Shown one piece after another: positions 24,080-35,288 of a DNA stretch of 42,026 bases (positions are counted from its first letter, which is position 1; each line of letters begins with the position of its first letter). The translations under genes were made by a program, and so were the position numbers. The DNA is taken from assembly GCA_050633305.1 (NCBI GenBank), contig JBOEGF010000050.1, positions 1 through 42,026 on the forward strand. Direction: 5' to 3'. This DNA is from Nannocystales bacterium. GTDB lineage: Bacteria; Myxococcota_A; Polyangia; Nannocystales; Nannocystaceae. Under the pieces are notes generated by a model. The model saw only the letters and a list, made by a program, of their open reading frames with translations. It did no database searches and was not told the DNA's origin.

Positions 24080-24515
24080 GCCGCTTGGGATACGACCGTG
24101 CCCTGCTCAGCCGGGTGTGTCAGCGGTTCGCCATGCGGGTCATGCCGACGCTTCGGCGTCAGGTCAAGCGCGAGCATGGCCTGGCGACGAGTGCGTTCCC
24201 GCACCCTGCTTCGAGGCCTCGGATGAGGAAGATCCTCGCTTCCGGCCCGTCGAAGGACTCTCCGAGGGGGCACTGGGTCCGCACGCAGCAGCGGCTGCAT
24301 GCCGACATCGCCACGGATCCTGACCAGGACGACGCCTGCGCAGACGAGGCGATAGCCGCGTGTGTCCTGCTTGCTCTACCCTTTCGCGCTTCGGCTTCGA
24401 CTCGCCGTGTCACTCCCCAGCCCCGCGAGCGGCCTCAGTCCGAGCCGGTCGCCCTCTTCGTGCCCCATGGACCCTTGGAGCTTCCCGCCATCGCCATCAC
24501 CACAATGCTCCAGGC
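24080..24515 (+). pseudogene. Diverged, internally deleted IS91-family transposase relic
   Basis: RLGYDRALLSRVCQRFAMRVM, FRPVEGLSE, DEAIAACV and ALFVPHGPLELP are collinear with the main transposase. Confidence 0.8.
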
Positions 24516-26892
24516 CCAGCTCTTCCTCAACCGCCTCGGCCAAGGCCTGGAACGGCGGCATCGGGTCCTGGAAGTCGCTCGGGATGAGCCCCACGACGGA
24601 GTAGTCCACGAAGAAGGGATTGGAGCCCGCTACGTGGGACTGTCCGTCCGGGTCACAGAGCATCCCCACCAGCACGTCGTTGTTCGGTGTGGAGTAGGCC
24701 TTGAGACCCTCGATCCAGTCTGCCGTCATCGTCCGGGACTGCTTCGACCCGTCGATGGGCTTGATGAAGTAGACCTGCGAGACGTAGGACTGCAGGTCGC
24801 TGTCCCCGAGGTTGCCGTCCATGTCGACGGCGGCGCCCAGACGGAAGGTCTCGGCCGATCCGTCCTCGATCTCCTCCGCGTACTCGTAGGCAAGGGCGAG
24901 CTCGGCGAAGACCTCCACCGAAGCAGACGCAATGCCGGCCTTGATGCTCTTGCCCCAGAAGGTACGTACGGTGGAACTGACGCTCCAGGCGTTCCGGCTG
25001 ATGTTCCGCCTGCTTTCCTCGAACGCGACGTCCACGTTCACATCGTTGCCCGAGCTCTCGTTCCACGATAGCTGGGGCCGGCTACCCCCCACGAAGGGCA
25101 AGGTGGGAAGCGCGTCCAGGGCGGAGATGTGCTCGGGTGTGGCGTAGGTCGACAGCACGCCGGGAATGGGCCCCTTGTCGATGTCGAAGCTCAGGCTCTG
25201 GATGTACGGATTGGTGGCGGTGTAGTCGTACAGGACGGCCGCATCCGCCGAGAGGCCGGTCTGGAGGTCGAGGTTGGCCGGATCATCCACATGCGGACCG
25301 GCGAAGTAGTAGGCGTAGCCGATGATGTCTGCCTTCAGGAGGTAGGCGGTGCCCGACGGACGGATCCAATACGGGCCGTCCGGTCCCTGCGGGATTGGCT
25401 TGGACGACGGGCTGATGTGATTGGTGACCGACACCGACTCGTAGGTCTGGATCACGCTCTGGTAGGCGTACTGGGACGACAACCTGATGCTGACCCCCCC
25501 GTTCTTCTCGACGTATAGGTTGTCGGTACCGACTTTCGCGCCGACCGTCACCGTTCCGCCCACGGTCAACGACGCGCTGTAGGCTGTGGTGGCGGTACTG
25601 CCCCGAGTCGCCGTCTGGGTCGTTTCGATGGATGTCGTCGAGGAGACGGACGTCCCCGACTCGCCCATCGATTGCAGGACGCCGTTCGACAAGGGCGGTC
25701 CTCCCCGCGCCACGCCCAGAAGGACGGGGGGCACGTTGATCGCGGGAATGGGATCCATCCGCCGTCGGCAGACGTGGCCAAAGGCCTTCGAGGCGATCGA
25801 CAGCCCGCCGGTGCCGTAGACGACACTGATCTTCTCGGCCACGGGGACCTGCACGCTGCCGGGTCCCGGCGTGCCGTTCGAGCCCTGGTCGACGATGCCG
25901 CTGTCGTCGGACGCCGGCAGGAACGCCAGGGTGGGTGACCTCCAGAGCTGGATGGGCCGGCTGCCTTCCGGGGTGAGGTCGGCGTGGACCTTCTCGTCGT
26001 ACTCCCACGCCACGACCTGTCCGTACGTGCCGGTTCCCTTGCGCACGAACTGACTCATGTAGGTCTCGCCGTCGTTGTGCTCGTAAAAGGAGACGTACAC
26101 TCGACCGTCGACGGCCGTCTGCGCCACCGGAAATTTCGTTTTGATGCTGGTGCTTGCGTCAACCCGCATGGGCTCGTTGGACACCAGCGTGGGCTCGTAG
26201 TTCCTGCCCAAGGTGTACTCCAGGACTTGGATTCCGGTGGCAGGGCTTTGGGAGGTGTCCTTCATGGTGACCACCAGACGGACACCGGTAACGTAGGGCA
26301 CCTCGTCGGCATTGTTCCCCGGGTTGGGCTCGACGCTGTTGACGATCGTCGCCATGCTGCGGCTCAGATCGAGTGACGCGGTCACCCCCTCCGTGCTCAG
26401 GGCATACCAGTAGCTGGCGACCCGCGGGTTTGTGTCGGGCCCCTGCAAATTCTCGTTCGAGAAGAAGCACAGGATGTTCTCGTCCTTCGAAGCTCCCCGG
26501 GTGACGGTGAGGACGCCACCGGGCACGGGCGTGACACTCACGCCATTGGTGTACAGGGTCGACGTCGTCTCGTCGTCCAGCCGGTAGCGTAGCTGCACGG
26601 CCGACCAGCGGCTGGCCTTCTTGGCGATGTCGAAGCTGACGCGCCCCATGTACAGCCGTGAAGCGTCGTCGCTCGCGTAGAACACGTCGATCTGGTTTGC
26701 CCCGTGCGGCGTGGGACGCAGCACCGGCGCGGTCTTGTGGCAAGACGAACCCGTGGAGCAGTCCAGAACCGGAGAATCCACGGAGTCACCCTCATGAAGG
26801 ACCGCATAGATATCTCCGTCTCTCCGGTAGGCCTGCCACCGGTAGCCGTATGGACTGTTGTAAAGAGCTGTTGCACCTGATTCGATCGCCAT
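24376..26892 (-). CDS. Large hypothetical protein with two Ser/Thr-rich amphipathic beta segments; C-terminus runs into the IS relic
   Basis: Long ORF with GC3-rich codons; last ~45 codons overlap the transposase relic in antisense. Confidence 0.75.
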   Translation of the reverse strand: MAIESGATALYNSPYGYRWQAYRRDGDIYAVLHEGDSVDSPVLDCSTGSSCHKTAPVLRPTPHGANQIDVFYASDDASRLYMGRVSFDIAKKASRWSAVQLRYRLDDETTSTLYTNGVSVTPVPGGVLTVTRGASKDENILCFFSNENLQGPDTNPRVASYWYALSTEGVTASLDLSRSMATIVNSVEPNPGNNADEVPYVTGVRLVVTMKDTSQSPATGIQVLEYTLGRNYEPTLVSNEPMRVDASTSIKTKFPVAQTAVDGRVYVSFYEHNDGETYMSQFVRKGTGTYGQVVAWEYDEKVHADLTPEGSRPIQLWRSPTLAFLPASDDSGIVDQGSNGTPGPGSVQVPVAEKISVVYGTGGLSIASKAFGHVCRRRMDPIPAINVPPVLLGVARGGPPLSNGVLQSMGESGTSVSSTTSIETTQTATRGSTATTAYSASLTVGGTVTVGAKVGTDNLYVEKNGGVSIRLSSQYAYQSVIQTYESVSVTNHISPSSKPIPQGPDGPYWIRPSGTAYLLKADIIGYAYYFAGPHVDDPANLDLQTGLSADAAVLYDYTATNPYIQSLSFDIDKGPIPGVLSTYATPEHISALDALPTLPFVGGSRPQLSWNESSGNDVNVDVAFEESRRNISRNAWSVSSTVRTFWGKSIKAGIASASVEVFAELALAYEYAEEIEDGSAETFRLGAAVDMDGNLGDSDLQSYVSQVYFIKPIDGSKQSRTMTADWIEGLKAYSTPNNDVLVGMLCDPDGQSHVAGSNPFFVDYSVVGLIPSDFQDPMPPFQALAEAVEEELGLEHCGDGDGGKLQGSMGHEEGDRLGLRPLAGLGSDTASRSRSAKG

Positions 26893-27156
26893 CTTTTTTG
26901 CTTCCCTGGTTGGATGACACCGCCACCGACATCGCGTCATCGTCGTGTCGGTGGGACGTCACGTTGTTCGCGGATCGGTTCCGCACCAGACGGTTCCCGC
27001 GAGCATCGCGAGCGCCGTCGCATTCGATGGGTGGTGACCGTCGAGCGCGATCGGATTGCGGACGACGACGACTTTCTTGCTCAGCCCGTCGCGTCGACAC
27101 GAGCGACCGGGGTCGAGACAGTCCCGTCCCGAAGCTCCCCGCGACTCACGGAACGG

Positions 27157-27595
27157 CTAGCGAGCACCCACCTGGGGTAGCGCTCGGATCCACTCCTCGA
27201 AGCCGCCCAGGGTGCTGGTCAGCTCCTGGGGAGTCTCGGCGAGGTCGGTGCTCCTCTCCTGCAGCAACTGGCGACCGCGACGGATCCGGGTCTTGATCGT
27301 ACCCACGGGTACGCCCGTCACCTCGGCGATCTGCGTGGCGCTCAGCTGTTCCCAGTAGTGCAGCTCGAGCGCCACCTGATAGTCGAGCGGGATGTTTCGC
27401 AGCGCTCGCGCGAGCAGGCGTTGCTCTTGCTTGCGCCCCAACGCCGTCGCGGGGCCGGGCGCGAGCTCGGCGATCGAGACGGCCCCGGAGTCGAACGGTT
27501 GCTCGGACCGATGTCTGCCTCGCAAGTGATGCCGCAGGATGTTGTGGGCGATGCTGAACAAGAAGGTGCGCACGCTCGCGTCACCGCGAAAGCGA
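27157..27595 (-). pseudogene. 5'-truncated ECF sigma factor
   Basis: RFRGDASVRTFLFSIAHN...LELHYWE...GTIKTRIRRG; paralog of 17733-18344. Confidence 0.9.
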
Positions 27596-27996
27596 TGCGC
27601 TCGCTGTCGCGGGCCCATGCGGGTCACTCGCTTCGTCACCACCCCCGAGGACATCGCCGCCGAACTTCACGGTGCTCGGCCACCCCCGCGTCCGCCTGCG
27701 CCCGGACAACTCCTGCTCTTCTCCGCTCTGCCCTGAACGCGCTTGGCTCTGCTCCTGGATGCGCGCCCCTTCGCCCCGCGCTCGTACCGGCGTGCCTGCA
27801 GATTGGCCCCGCTCGCTCCCCGCTCCCCTTCGGGCCCGCTTTCCCCCCGACGCCTCCGCTCTCCCTGGCTCAGCCCCAATCCACACCCGGCCCCAGGCCC
27901 GCTCCGCAGCGACCGCCCTCGCCCCCGGCCAACCCTACTCCTCCAATCCTGCTTTTTCCCAGTTCTGCTTTTTCCCAGTTCATTTCGCTTAAACGC
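27596..27996 (+). repeat. IS91 3'-end copy 3 (~401 bp) with a 16-bp tandem duplication
   Basis: Matches ~13557-13942; ctgctttttcccagtt at 27949-27964 and 27965-27980. Confidence 0.95.
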
Positions 27997-28262
27997 CTCG
28001 ATGCGCGGCGGTGTGGAGCAGTTTCCACGCCAAATGCGTCCGGCGCTGACGCATTTCAAATACGACATACTGTCGCATCTTGATCGATTTCGCGCATCTG
28101 AAACGCAGCGTCGAGGCTCTGCGGGATAGTCGAGCGGCGGGGAACGCCGTCGTAGGATCCTTGAGTCTCTGCCATGACGGCTAGGTGCACCCCCTGCCGG
28201 CGGCGTCGGGCGCTCCTCGGCATCGAGCGGAGCGCCCAGCAACGCGAGGGCTTCGTCTCCGG

Positions 28263-29351
28263 CTATGCGGTCTCTGTGAGTCGAGCGAGCCGTCCGACGT
28301 GAAACGCCAGCTGCAAGCCCCCATGACCCTCTATCCAGGCTCGGAGAACGGGACGTCGGCGAAACTGAGCCGCGCACGTCTGCGGCACGATGTCGTGGGC
28401 GAGGCAGGCCTTGAGGAATCGTCGGTGCACACGCACCAAGAGGAGCGGACGGCCCTCCTTCGACCATGCGAAACAGGCCACCGCGACGATCAAGAGTACG
28501 CGCGGCCATCCGTGCTTCGCGAAGAGCAGGTAAACCGAGAGCGGCCCGACGACGGCACCCGCCACAAGCCACCACCACAAACGCCTGAGCACTTGCCCCG
28601 GCTCGAGGACGCCGGGGCCTGGCGGAGGCGCAGGCATCAGCTCGGGGTCGAGCTTGCGGACGAGCTCGAGGAGGAAGGGCCCAAGGTTGCGGTACCGGTT
28701 CCACAGACTCGAGAGGTAGGCTTGGGCCACGATGGGGTCGCGCTCGAACCAGCGCGAAAGGTCCCGGCCGAGCGCGGCGCGGTGGCGAGGGTCCAGCGAG
28801 ATCAGGCTCTGCGTCATGAACGCGCGGACGGCCTCCGGAGGCTCGTCATTCGCGAGGTGTTCTTGCCACTCGGGGCTGATGCTCAACAAGTACGGAAACG
28901 TCGGGTCGTTCCGGTCGAAGACCTCGGGGCATTGAACGACGAGGACTTCGTACTCCGCGCGGTCATGGAGCACGAGTGCCAGCCCGACACGGTGGGTTGT
29001 GCGAGCCACCCGGGGACTTCCCTCGAGGATCGCCGCGCGCCACCCATCCTGCTGAACCTGTTTGAGTGCCTCTGCGAACGCCCCACGGTCGAGCGCGGCA
29101 TGGACCGTCGCGAGACTCAGGTCTTCGGGGCTCTCGCTCGGCGGCGCAGGCTCAGCGTGGAATGCTTCGACCATCGCACGGCTCTGAACGATCGCGGTGA
29201 CGAGCTCGTATGCGTAGCGTAGTCGGCGAAACCCCTCGGGATCCCTCTCCGGCTTATGGACGCGCAGTAGCTTGTGATAAGCGCGCTTGATGGTGCGCTC
29301 GTCGGCATCGAGCGGAACGCCCAGCAGCGCGAAGGCTTCGTCTTCGGTCAT
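28263..29351 (-). CDS. J-domain membrane protein (DjlB/DjlC-like)
   Basis: AFALLGV...IKRAYHKLLRVHKPERDPEGFRRLRYAYE; C-terminal TM segments. Confidence 0.8.
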   Translation of the reverse strand: MTEDEAFALLGVPLDADERTIKRAYHKLLRVHKPERDPEGFRRLRYAYELVTAIVQSRAMVEAFHAEPAPPSESPEDLSLATVHAALDRGAFAEALKQVQQDGWRAAILEGSPRVARTTHRVGLALVLHDRAEYEVLVVQCPEVFDRNDPTFPYLLSISPEWQEHLANDEPPEAVRAFMTQSLISLDPRHRAALGRDLSRWFERDPIVAQAYLSSLWNRYRNLGPFLLELVRKLDPELMPAPPPGPGVLEPGQVLRRLWWWLVAGAVVGPLSVYLLFAKHGWPRVLLIVAVACFAWSKEGRPLLLVRVHRRFLKACLAHDIVPQTCAAQFRRRPVLRAWIEGHGGLQLAFHVGRLARLTETA

Positions 29352-29360
29352 GCGGCCTCG

Positions 29361-29504
29361 CTACTGCGGCTGGAGCCGCTCCAGCCGCTCGCCCATCCGG
29401 TTGGGGATGATGACCGCCTGCCCGTCCATCGGGACCGCGGCCAGGGAGTGGGTGGTGCTCAGATCGATGCCGATGCGAACGCCCGCGTCCTTGGGTCGAG
29501 TCAC
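29361..29504 (-). pseudogene. Hsp70 (HscC-like) remnant with most of the gene deleted
   Basis: IGIDLSTTHSLAAV...AVIIPNRMGERL followed immediately by ERLQPQ*; directly upstream of the J-domain gene. Confidence 0.75.
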
Positions 29505-29939
29505 CCCGCGAGTATAGACATATCCGGACGCCACGACCCCACGTCGCCCGAGCGGTACAGCCACCACTCGTCCGCCGGCAGGAACAGGCTGCGCTTGGTG
29601 AAGTCGACCGGTCTGCCCGAGGTCGGCGCGAAAGGTGACTTGGGCTTGACCCACATCTCGCCGACGGGTGGTCGAGCACCGCCAGCCGGACGAAGCGGCG
29701 CGCTCGACAGTGGCGACGAGCTCGGCTTCCCACGCGGCGGCGTCGGCTCAGAGTGGAGACCATCCGGGAGGGTGGTGCGCGTCAGGAAGTCGACGTGTAG
29801 CGTGTCGCGAACCTACCCGCTTTCGCGCGGCCCGGGATCGGCGGTCCTGTCGCGGCGAGTGGGTCATTGCCCCTACGCCGTCGGCACGATACCCGCCCGA
29901 GTAGCGCCTGGAGCAGCTTCGGTGACGAGCTCAGCTATC

Positions 29940-30129
29940 CTAGCTCAGGGACGCCATCGCCCAGCCCGCGACCACCAGCGCGAGGACGAGCAACGCAACG
30001 CCCAGGATCGAAACGATGCCGACGATGCGCCAGTAGAGCAGCTGGTGGCCGAGGGTGTCTTCGAGGTCGAGCAGTTGACCGCGTTCGCCGACCCGTTTTG
30101 CCGCTTTGGCAGCATTGCGCAGGTGGAGT
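29940..30129 (-). pseudogene. 3' fragment of a membrane protein gene
   Basis: Manual translation [62 protein letters not shown]; no start codon. Confidence 0.6.
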
Positions 30130-30276
30130 CCGCTTCCCCCCCCGACGCCTCCGCTCTCCCAGGCTCAGCCCCAATCCACACCCGGCCCCCAGGCCCGCTC
30201 CGCAGCGACCCCGCACGCCGCCGGCCAACCCTACTCCTCCAATCCTGCTTTTTCCCAGTTCATTTCGCTTAAACGC
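30130..30276 (+). repeat. IS91 3'-end copy 4 (~147 bp)
   Basis: Matches ~13797-13942. Confidence 0.95.
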
Positions 30277-31021
30277 AAGGGTGACGAAGTCTTGGTGGGT
30301 CAGGGTGTCGGCAGTCTCACCAGCCCGAGCAATGCCGAAGTCCGTCACCCGGGCCCGCTCGTCCTCCCCCATGAGAACGTTGGCCGGCTTGAAGTCACGA
30401 TGAACCAGCCCCGCCGCATGGGCGGCGACGAGGCCCTCTCCGGCCTCCAAGAACACATCGAGGATCGCGTCCCGGCTCCGCTCGGCGGCCGCGAGCCACT
30501 GGCCGAGAGTTCCCCCCACGACCAACTCCATCGCCATGAACACGTTGCCCTCGAACTCCCCCACATCGAGAACAACCACGACGTTGGGGTGAGCCAACCG
30601 GGCCGTCGCCCGAGCTTCTCGAACCATCCGAGCGTTTCGTTCGGAGTCGCCAGTCCGCTCGCGGAGTAGTTTCAGCGCGCCGCGGCGATCGAGTTCGGGG
30701 TCGTAGGCAGCAAACACGACGCCCATCGCCCCCGTACCGAGGGAGGTCCAACATCACGTAGCGGCCGACTTTCGAGCCGCGTAGCAACTCCGGCGGGAGC
30801 AAACCCAGCGCTGGCTCGGACGCATCCGTCTCGTCCTGTGAGACCTCCTCCGGCTCCGGCATCGATGAAGCCTGCAGCTCGAACACCCGCGCCAGCTCGA
30901 TCAGCACCGCGCGGCACGCGTTGCAGGTATCGATGTGCGCCTCCGCCCGAGCCGCCTCATCCGGCTCCAGGTTTCGCATCACGAAATCGACGATTTCGTT
31001 CTCTGAGAGGCACTCCGACAT
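30277..31021 (-). pseudogene. Zn-finger Ser/Thr kinase, 3'-truncated by the IS end, frameshift near 30745
   Basis: [37 protein letters not shown]; ends before the APE motif. Confidence 0.9.
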
Positions 31022-31157
31022 GGTCCAGGACCGTCCGCACGGCCTTACCACGCCGGCGGAGCCGGACGGACGCGGATGGAGCTGCAAAACTTCATTCCAC
31101 AGCCGCGTCGAGCCCGCCGTCGCGCGTTTGTCGGGCTACGATCGTAATCCGCAGCCC

Positions 31158-31583
31158 GTGAACTCAGCGACCCCAAACCTTCGGGTGCTCCATCTCCTGG
31201 ACCGCGCGCAACTGTCGATGGTTCGGACGTCGGACGGGGGTGTTCGCGTTTGGAGCTGCGCGGCACTCGGATTGCGCCTGACGGGGCCGGCCGCCGAGGC
31301 GCGTCGCCTCAGAGGTCACTTCTTGCGAGAACTCTTCAGCATTGTGAGCGAGGGAGACCATCCGTCAGGTTTCCTCACCGAAGAGGAGGAGGACTGCGTT
31401 CACGCGCTACGCGCGTTGGACGGATTCGCGCTGGAACTCATCGGCCGCAGTCGCTTCCCGGAAGCCGCGATGCTGGCCCTGTCCATCTGTCGAAGTCGTG
31501 GAGAGCTCGGCCGCACGGTCTTTCCACCATCGCGGACCTCATCACCCCTGCTCGACGACTTTCTCCTCGCACTGCGAGGCTAG
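31158..31583 (+). CDS. Hypothetical protein
   Basis: Open frame; start uncertain. Confidence 0.4.
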   Translation: MNSATPNLRVLHLLDRAQLSMVRTSDGGVRVWSCAALGLRLTGPAAEARRLRGHFLRELFSIVSEGDHPSGFLTEEEEDCVHALRALDGFALELIGRSRFPEAAMLALSICRSRGELGRTVFPPSRTSSPLLDDFLLALRG

Positions 31584-31589
31584 TCGCCC

Positions 31590-31964
31590 CTACACGCGGC
31601 GAAGAATCGCGCTGTCGCGAACGCCAGCTCGCGCAAACCCGCCGTCGAACGAGTGCGTACTCTCGCTCTCTCCGACCGCTAGGAAACCGCCGGGCAACAG
31701 CGCCTGATGCATGCTCGCCAGCGCGCGTGGATGAACCTCGGGGCGCAGGTAGATCATCACGTTGCGGAACAAGACCAAGTCGCGGTCCTCGGGGGGAGGG
31801 TCGGCCAGCACGTCTTGCACAGAGAAGCGCACACAGCTGCGCAGGAGCGGGCCCACGTTCCACTGGCCATCGACGATCGTGCCGTAGCGGTTTTGATACT
31901 CAGCGGGAATGTTGGCGACCCGCGCCAGCGCGTAGGATCCCGCCGCCGCGTACTCGATGGCGTC
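31590..31964 (-). pseudogene. cheR: C-terminal fragment of a CheR-type methyltransferase
   Basis: A..GSY, VRFSVQDVL, DLVLFRNVMIYL, LLPGGFLAVGESE. Confidence 0.85.
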
Positions 31965-32730
31965 CCGTTTGCCCTCGACGCCGTGCAGCGCACCGCCGAC
32001 GGACAGGTTCGGGTCCACTTCAAGAAGCCCAACCGCTTCGGGGCCACCTACGCCCAGATGACCCTGCACACCTTCCTCGCCCCGCTGTGTGCCCTCGTCC
32101 CTCCGCCCAGGGCCCACACGGTTCTGTACTACGGGGTCTTGTCGGGCCACCACACACTGCGTTCGGCGGTGGTGCCTCGCGCTGAGGAGCCTGCGCCCGA
32201 GCCCAAGCAGCTCGCGCTGTTTGTCCCTCGCGGACACGTCGAGTTCCCGGGCACCACAACCTTGCTCGAGCCCCAGCTGCGTGATGCTGCTCCGTCTCGC
32301 CTGTCCTGGATGACGCTCCTCGCCCGCGTCTTTCGCTTCGACATCTCCGCGTGCGCTCGCTGTCGCGGGCCCATGCGGGTCACTCGCTTCGTCACCAACC
32401 CCGAGGACATCGCCGCCGAACTTCACGGTGCTCGGCCACCCCCGCGTCCGCCTGCGCCCGGACAACTCCTGCTCTTCTCGGCTCTGCCCTGAGCGCGCTT
32501 GGCTCTGCTCCTGGATGCGCGCCCCTTCGCCCCGCGCTCGTACCGGCGTGCCTGCAGTTTGGCCCCGCTCGCCCCCGCTCCCCTTCGGGCCCGCTTTCCC
32601 CCCCGACGCCTCCGCTCTCCCAGGCTCACCCCCAATCCACACCCGGCCCCAGCCCCGCTCCGCAGCGACCCCGCTCGCCCAACCCTACTCCTCCAATCCT
32701 GCTTTTTCCCAGTTCATTTCGCTTAAACGC
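31965..32730 (+). repeat. IS91 3'-end copy 5 (~766 bp, includes transposase C-terminus with TGA)
   Basis: Matches ~13170-13942. Confidence 0.95.
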
Positions 32731-33440
32731 CCGTTCCTCGAGAGCCGCGGGCGGATGCTCGAGCGTGCGCGGGGCGGGCAGGCCGGCACGGTCGCGCCTT
32801 CGACCGCGCCCGTCGCTACGCCTCCGGCCGCCACCGTGCCCGTCGTTGCGAAAGCCCCGGCGACCCCGAAGCCTCTCGCGCCCACACCCGCCCCGGCTGC
32901 GCCGTCTGTCGCTGCGGCGAAGCCCCCAACCGTTGCGGCCAAGCCGACGCCCTCGGCCAAACCCGCGCTGCCGAAGCCCGCGGTCTCCACCAGTGCCGCG
33001 CCCACTCCGGTTGGCCCCACGCTGACCCGCGAGCAGCTCGAGATCGACGCATCGGGCAAGATCTCCGAAATCTTCGGCCCGCTGTTCGAGCAGCAAGACG
33101 GCTACGCCCGGCAGGTCCGCATGCCCGAGCCGCCGCTCCTGCTCGCCGACCGCGTCACCGGCATCGACGCCGAACCCGGTGTGCTCGGCAAGGGCACGAT
33201 CTGGACCGAGACCGACGTCTGCTCGGACAGCTGGTACCTGCACCGCGGCCGCATGCCCGGCGGCATCTTCATCGAGAGCGGCCAGGCCGACCTCATGCTC
33301 ATCAGCTGGATGGGGGCCGATTTCCTCAACAAAGGCGAGCGCGTCTACCGACTGCTTGGCTGCACGCATTCACGTCGACGGCCACGCGCAACACGACGCG
33401 GTGCGGCTGTTCTTCTTCCACTACGGCTGCCGGATTGGCG
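32731..33440 (+). pseudogene. Internal fragment of Pfa-type PUFA synthase (Pro/Ala linker plus FabA-like dehydratase)
   Basis: RQVRMPEPPLLLADRVTGI, GRMPGGIFIESGQAD, ERVYRLLGC, then after a deletion IHVDGHA...RLFFFHY. Confidence 0.8.
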
Positions 33441-33534
33441 AGGCATACGAACTTCTCGTCCGCGTTGACTCGCAAGGCAACACAACCGAGATCGACCGTC
33501 GAAGGGTGGAAGTCTCGCTCGAGGAGCACACTGA

Positions 33535-33612
33535 TGCCTGCGCCGGGCCGTAATGTGGGACGACCGACTGTCACACCCGAGCGCGGCACGTGCCGAGCTC
33601 CACGGCGCACGC
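33535..33612 (+). mobile_element. Possible diverged relic of the IS91 transposase C-terminus
   Basis: Encodes AELHGARP, identical to the transposase tail, preceded by C.GP and VTPE-like remnants. Confidence 0.4.
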
Positions 33613-33639
33613 CCTGTCACCGGGAAATTGTGGCACGGG

Positions 33640-34173
33640 ATGCAACAACCTTCTCTGGCGAACGTCGTTGCCGATATGAGCGAAGAAATGACGGTGGAGT
33701 TCCGGCGTCTCCTCATCATGGCGTCGGGGATCGCGACAACCCTCTGCGTGCTCGTGCTCGTCGCGACCACGAGCTTTGGCGAGATGTTGTACGCCTATCA
33801 CCGCATCGGTGTCTGGCTGCCCACCGGGGCGTTCAGCCTCGGTGTCCTGGCGGGGAGCGGGTACGGCGTGGCCGGATGGTTCCTCACTCGACTGCGGTTT
33901 ACGCCCGCCATGCTCAAGGCGATCTTCGCCTCGATGGTGGTGGCGTACGTTGGTACTGCGTTGATCGAGTACGCGCACGCAGCCCCGAACGGGATGCGCT
34001 TCTTCGACTACTTCGATCGGTCTACGCGTTCGTCCTCGTGGGGTGAGGGAAGCGTCTTTGGAGCCGAGGGATACAGCTATCGCGTTCTGGAATTGTTGGG
34101 ACTCTCGGTCGGCGGAATGGGAGGGCTGTTCGTGGTCCCAGCGCTTCGCCAGCGTGGCGTCACAAGACCGTAG
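33640..34173 (+). CDS. Membrane protein
   Basis: Four hydrophobic segments; start uncertain. Confidence 0.6.
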   Translation: MQQPSLANVVADMSEEMTVEFRRLLIMASGIATTLCVLVLVATTSFGEMLYAYHRIGVWLPTGAFSLGVLAGSGYGVAGWFLTRLRFTPAMLKAIFASMVVAYVGTALIEYAHAAPNGMRFFDYFDRSTRSSSWGEGSVFGAEGYSYRVLELLGLSVGGMGGLFVVPALRQRGVTRP

Positions 34174-34292
34174 GCGCCCTTCGAAGGGAGGCCCGCTGTG
34201 TCGGAAGCCGCGCGGACTCGCGACGGGGGCTGGGCCCACCGGAGCCGGGTGCGGACGGGACAAGGACGCGAAGCTGGCGTGGAGAGGGCCAG

Positions 34293-34622
34293 ATGCGAAT
34301 CCACGGGCAAGGCGTGCACCGTCTCCACCACCGTCGTCATCGAGGAGGTTCGCCATGGAGCCCGCGCATTGGGCGGAAGGCCGAGCGCGACCCGGCCGCA
34401 CTGACCGAGCGCGCCGTGGCGGAGATCATCAGGGACCAACCCGCCGACACGATCTTCACCCTGGGGGTCGAAAATACGATTGAGGACGAACACGGCGACC
34501 CGTACGGGAATGAGGTCGTCACGCTTCATCACATCGTCGCAGCGATATCCCAAGGCGGTGTCCAGACCCCCGCGAAGCTTGTGACGCGGGAGGCCTGGAA
34601 GACCATCTGGGAACCGCGCTGA
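34293..34622 (+). CDS. Hypothetical protein, possibly frameshifted
   Basis: C-terminal half has GC3-rich codons. Confidence 0.35.
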   Translation: MRIHGQGVHRLHHRRHRGGSPWSPRIGRKAERDPAALTERAVAEIIRDQPADTIFTLGVENTIEDEHGDPYGNEVVTLHHIVAAISQGGVQTPAKLVTREAWKTIWEPR

Positions 34623-35288
34623 CTAGCTCCCGGGCCTCACGACTGGGATCACTCCCCTTTGCCGCCGCCGACGAACCCGCCCACGCCGATCCCTCCCCCG
34701 TCGAACGTGCCGATCGGCGTCCCACTCTCGTCCCAGAACGTGATCTCGATGCCGACCCCCGCGCTGGCTGTTGTGGCTCGGGCTAAGTGATCCACGTCAG
34801 CTCGGCAGAACAGGCCCATGGGGAACAACGGGAATGGATCCGGCGCTAAGCGGCGCGACGTCCGCTAAACGTCGGTGCCCTTGAAGGGAAACCGAGGATT
34901 GGCCTCCTCCGCAAGAAGCCCTACTGGTCGAATCCTGTGTTCTGGCTTGCCCGGTGGCCCATGGAGTCCGGATAAGCTCACGCCCCATCATGGGCGCCAG
35001 CGGGACGTGGTGACCAGCGCGGCGCAAGAAACTCCCGTGTCGGGGACACGCGACCCAGCACCCAGCTCTGCATCCGACGACCATGAACCCGTTCATCCAG
35101 CTCAACCACGAGGCCAGGCGCATCGCCGCAGAATCGACGGCGGTACGTGAGTCAGAGGGAACTTCATGCGGGTGAGACAGGGCGAAGCCGCGCACATCCA
35201 CTGGCACAGCCCAGAGGTGTTAAGCTGAGAACAGCACGAGTTGTCCGCCTTCGAACCATAGATCTCGCGGCCCGCGGACATCTCGACA

